This document shows positions 61,681-64,000 of a DNA stretch of 64,000 nucleotides, piece by piece. The DNA comes from Opitutia bacterium (GTDB taxonomy: Bacteria > Verrucomicrobiota > Verrucomicrobiia > Opitutales > T3Sed10-336), in NCBI GenBank assembly GCA_003566885.1, contig PXBO01000048.1:17622-81621 (forward strand). Direction: 5' to 3'. Under the pieces are notes generated by a model. It saw nothing but the letters and a program-made list of their open reading frames with translations, searched no databases and was not told where the DNA came from. Each line of letters starts with the position of its first letter. Position 1 is the stretch's first letter. The translations under genes were made by a program, and so were the position numbers.

Positions 61681-63599
61681 AACGGCCCTGCCAGCACGTG
61701 ATGAACCAGCTTCTGGAAAGCCATAAAAACTACAATCCGCGCCTGCGGCTTTTTTACGGCGTGGTGGTCGTCCTCATCCTGGTCCTGCTCGGCGGCCTGA
61801 CCTACCGGCAGCTCATCATCGGCACCCTGTACAGCGACCGTGAAGAGTTGCAGAACCTGCGCCGCATCCTGGTTCCCGGGCCACGCGGGAACATTTTCGA
61901 CCGCAACGGTGAATTGCTGGTGGGCAACCGCCCACGGTTCGCGGCGGTGGTCTACCTGGCGGAACTGAGACAGGAGTTTCGGCAGGAATTTCGCGATCTG
62001 AGGAGGCCTTACATCGAACAGGACATTCCCACCACCGGCATTCCCCTCCCCAGCATGGCGCGCGCGGCGGTCGTCCAACGCTACCTCGACCAGATCAACG
62101 AACTCCTGGGTCGCGACGAGCAAGTCGACTCGCGGTTGCTGGAGAGGCACTTGCGGCAACAACTGATTCTTCCCTTTTTTCTGGTCAACGACCTGTCCCC
62201 GGAAGAATACGCCCGGTTGCTGGAGCAGGTTCCTATCGGCTCTCCCATCCAGGTTTACAGTTCGAGCGTTCGCCACTACCCGCATGGCTCGGCCGCGGCC
62301 CACGTGCTGGGGTACGTCGGTTCAACTCTGGAAATTCCTGAGGAGGGAGTTCCGGGCGAACGGCTCATGACGTTCAATATTCGCGGCAGCATCGGACGCG
62401 ACGGGCTGGAACGGTCCATGGATGACCGCATCCAGGGACAGACCGGAGGTGAAATCTGGGTGGTGGATCCGGACGGCTTTCAGTTCAAACGCATCGAGCG
62501 GAAGCGTTCGGTGCAGGGCGAAGACGTCGTCAGCAGCCTGGATATTCGTCTGCAGAAGCGTATGGAGGATCTGCTGGGAAGCTACACCGCCACCGCGGTG
62601 GCGCTCGATCCCCGGAACGGCGAGGTTCTTGCCCTGGCCACCAGCCCGGGCTACGACCTCAACGATTTCACTCCCTCCCTGCCGGGCACGGTCGTGACGG
62701 AGATCACGGAAACCCAGGCCTGGACGAACCGCGCTTTGCAGGGGTTGTACCCGCCGGGATCAACCTTCAAGATGATCACCGCCATGGCGGCGCTGCGCTC
62801 CGGGGTTGTGGATGCCCGCACCACCTCCTTTTGCCGCGGTTCCCATCAGGTGTCCGGCCGCACGTTTCATTGTCACAATCGCGCCGGACACGGAGAAGTC
62901 GACCTGGTGCGGGCCTTGAGCGTGAGCTGCAACGTCTATTTCTACGAGCACGGCGTAAGTGCGGGAATCGAATCGATCGCGGCCGAGGCACGCCGCTTCG
63001 GGCTGCATGAGCAAACCGGCATCGAACTGCCCTTTGAAGCGCGCGCCATGCTGGTCGGCACTCCTGAATGGAAGCGCAGGGTGCACGGCACCGCCTGGTT
63101 TCCCGGCGACACCGCCAATGTCTCGATCGGCCAGGGCGACGTCCGCAGCACCCCCCTGCAAATGGCCGTCATGACCGCCGCCCTGGCAACCCGCCGCGAA
63201 TCGGTGCGCCCCACCATTCTCCTGAACGGGAATCGCAACCGAACCCACGGATTCCGGCCGCTGGAGATCGAAGACGCCCATTACGAATTAATCATCCGCG
63301 GCATGATCGACGCCGTTGAATCGGGGACCGCGCGCAGCGTTCGTCTGCCGGGAGTGTCCATCGCTGGCAAAACCGGTACGGCCCAAGTGCCAACCCGCGA
63401 AGGCCGGCTGAATATGGCGTGGTTCGTCGGATTCGCCCCGGTGGAGAATCCCGAAATCGCCATCGCGGTTCTGGTCGAAGGCACCGATCCCAACGACAAT
63501 TTCGCCGGCGGTTCCACCGCCGGACCCATCGCCCGCGAAGTATTCCGGGAGTATTTCTCGAATCGCGAGCCGGAACCCCTGGCGCAATCCCAACGATGA
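61677..63599 (+). CDS. mrdA: Penicillin-binding protein 2 (elongasome transpeptidase)
   Basis: 640 aa with an N-terminal TM segment. The STFK, SCN (SVSCNVYF) and KTGTAQ motifs are present. Confidence 0.9.
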   Translation: MKRPCQHVMNQLLESHKNYNPRLRLFYGVVVVLILVLLGGLTYRQLIIGTLYSDREELQNLRRILVPGPRGNIFDRNGELLVGNRPRFAAVVYLAELRQEFRQEFRDLRRPYIEQDIPTTGIPLPSMARAAVVQRYLDQINELLGRDEQVDSRLLERHLRQQLILPFFLVNDLSPEEYARLLEQVPIGSPIQVYSSSVRHYPHGSAAAHVLGYVGSTLEIPEEGVPGERLMTFNIRGSIGRDGLERSMDDRIQGQTGGEIWVVDPDGFQFKRIERKRSVQGEDVVSSLDIRLQKRMEDLLGSYTATAVALDPRNGEVLALATSPGYDLNDFTPSLPGTVVTEITETQAWTNRALQGLYPPGSTFKMITAMAALRSGVVDARTTSFCRGSHQVSGRTFHCHNRAGHGEVDLVRALSVSCNVYFYEHGVSAGIESIAAEARRFGLHEQTGIELPFEARAMLVGTPEWKRRVHGTAWFPGDTANVSIGQGDVRSTPLQMAVMTAALATRRESVRPTILLNGNRNRTHGFRPLEIEDAHYELIIRGMIDAVESGTARSVRLPGVSIAGKTGTAQVPTREGRLNMAWFVGFAPVENPEIAIAVLVEGTDPNDNFAGGSTAGPIAREVFREYFSNREPEPLAQSQR

Positions 63600-64000
63600 A
63601 GAACGGACATGACGATGCCTGCGTGTCGGACGGGGAGATCGATTACGGTTCGCTTCGGGTTTTGCAGGAGAAAATCGGCTACACCTTCAGCGACCTCGAC
63701 CTGCTGCGGCAAGCGGTCACCCATCCCTCCTGCCAACCGGATACCCCCGAAGCGGTTCGGTCGAACAATCAGCGCCTGGAGTTCCTGGGAGACTCGGTTC
63801 TCAGCCTGGTTCTTTCCGAACAACTGTTTCGACGATTCTCCGACCTTCGTGAAGGACAACTGAGCCGCTACCGCTCGAACCTGGTTCGCGGCCCCGTTCT
63901 CAGCGACCTGGCACGGCAAATGCGCATCGGCGATCACCTGCAATTGGGCCGGGGCGAAGTCGAAACCGGCGGTCGCGATCGGGACAATCTGCTGGAGGAC
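63596..64000 (+). CDS. rnc: Ribonuclease III, N-terminal part (runs off the right edge)
   Basis: The ATG at 63596 overlaps the mrdA stop (ATGA). LQEKIGYTFSDLDLLRQAVTHPS and NQRLEFLGDSVLSLV (the RNase III signature) are present. The frame is open to position 64000. Confidence 0.9.
   Translation, partial: MKNGHDDACVSDGEIDYGSLRVLQEKIGYTFSDLDLLRQAVTHPSCQPDTPEAVRSNNQRLEFLGDSVLSLVLSEQLFRRFSDLREGQLSRYRSNLVRGPVLSDLARQMRIGDHLQLGRGEVETGGRDRDNLLED

Overview
High-GC bacterial chromosome segment. My hand counts of single 60-nt lines give about 63-68% G+C. It most resembles a PVC-superphylum organism (Verrucomicrobiota/Opitutae-like); this is inferred from a Minf_1886-family gene, the density of sulfatases and glycoside hydrolases, and SSS transporters in place of SusC/D. 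I found no rRNA, tRNA, CRISPR array, transposase or integrase.

Layout:
(1) 1-22 kb is a SusCD-less glycan-utilisation locus. It holds two Cys-type sulfatases, two paralogous GH2-like enzymes with discoidin domains, an AraC regulator, an SSS symporter, a DUF5107/TPR giant protein, an anaerobic sulfatase maturase beside a truncated FGE, a malectin-esterase fusion, a GH4 and a PL22-like lyase.
(2) 22.4-33.3 kb is mostly housekeeping: FAS1 protein, tonB-exbD-exbB, PfkB kinase, tmk-holB, TPR and LysM proteins, M16 peptidase, Minf_1886-family gene and a Fur-family regulator.
(3) 33.7-51.5 kb is a second accessory block. Two distantly homologous, uncharacterised large secreted proteins sit in tandem, and the second (1753 aa) lies in a sharply lower-GC single-gene island. 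They are followed by an SSS-GH127 operon and an 1822-aa LTD/CotH protein.
(4) 51.5-64 kb is core: an EIIA-diadenylate-cyclase fusion, an orphan nuoA, a DUF362-like gene, dnaG-rpoD, tatA, mreBCD-mrdA and rnc.

Most interesting observations: the EIIA(Ntr)-like/DAC fusion, the low-GC xenolog next to its resident homolog, a DnaG whose CHC2 zinc ligands are mostly substituted, and the decayed FGE beside an intact anSME. All family assignments come from motif recognition by eye; no searches were run.
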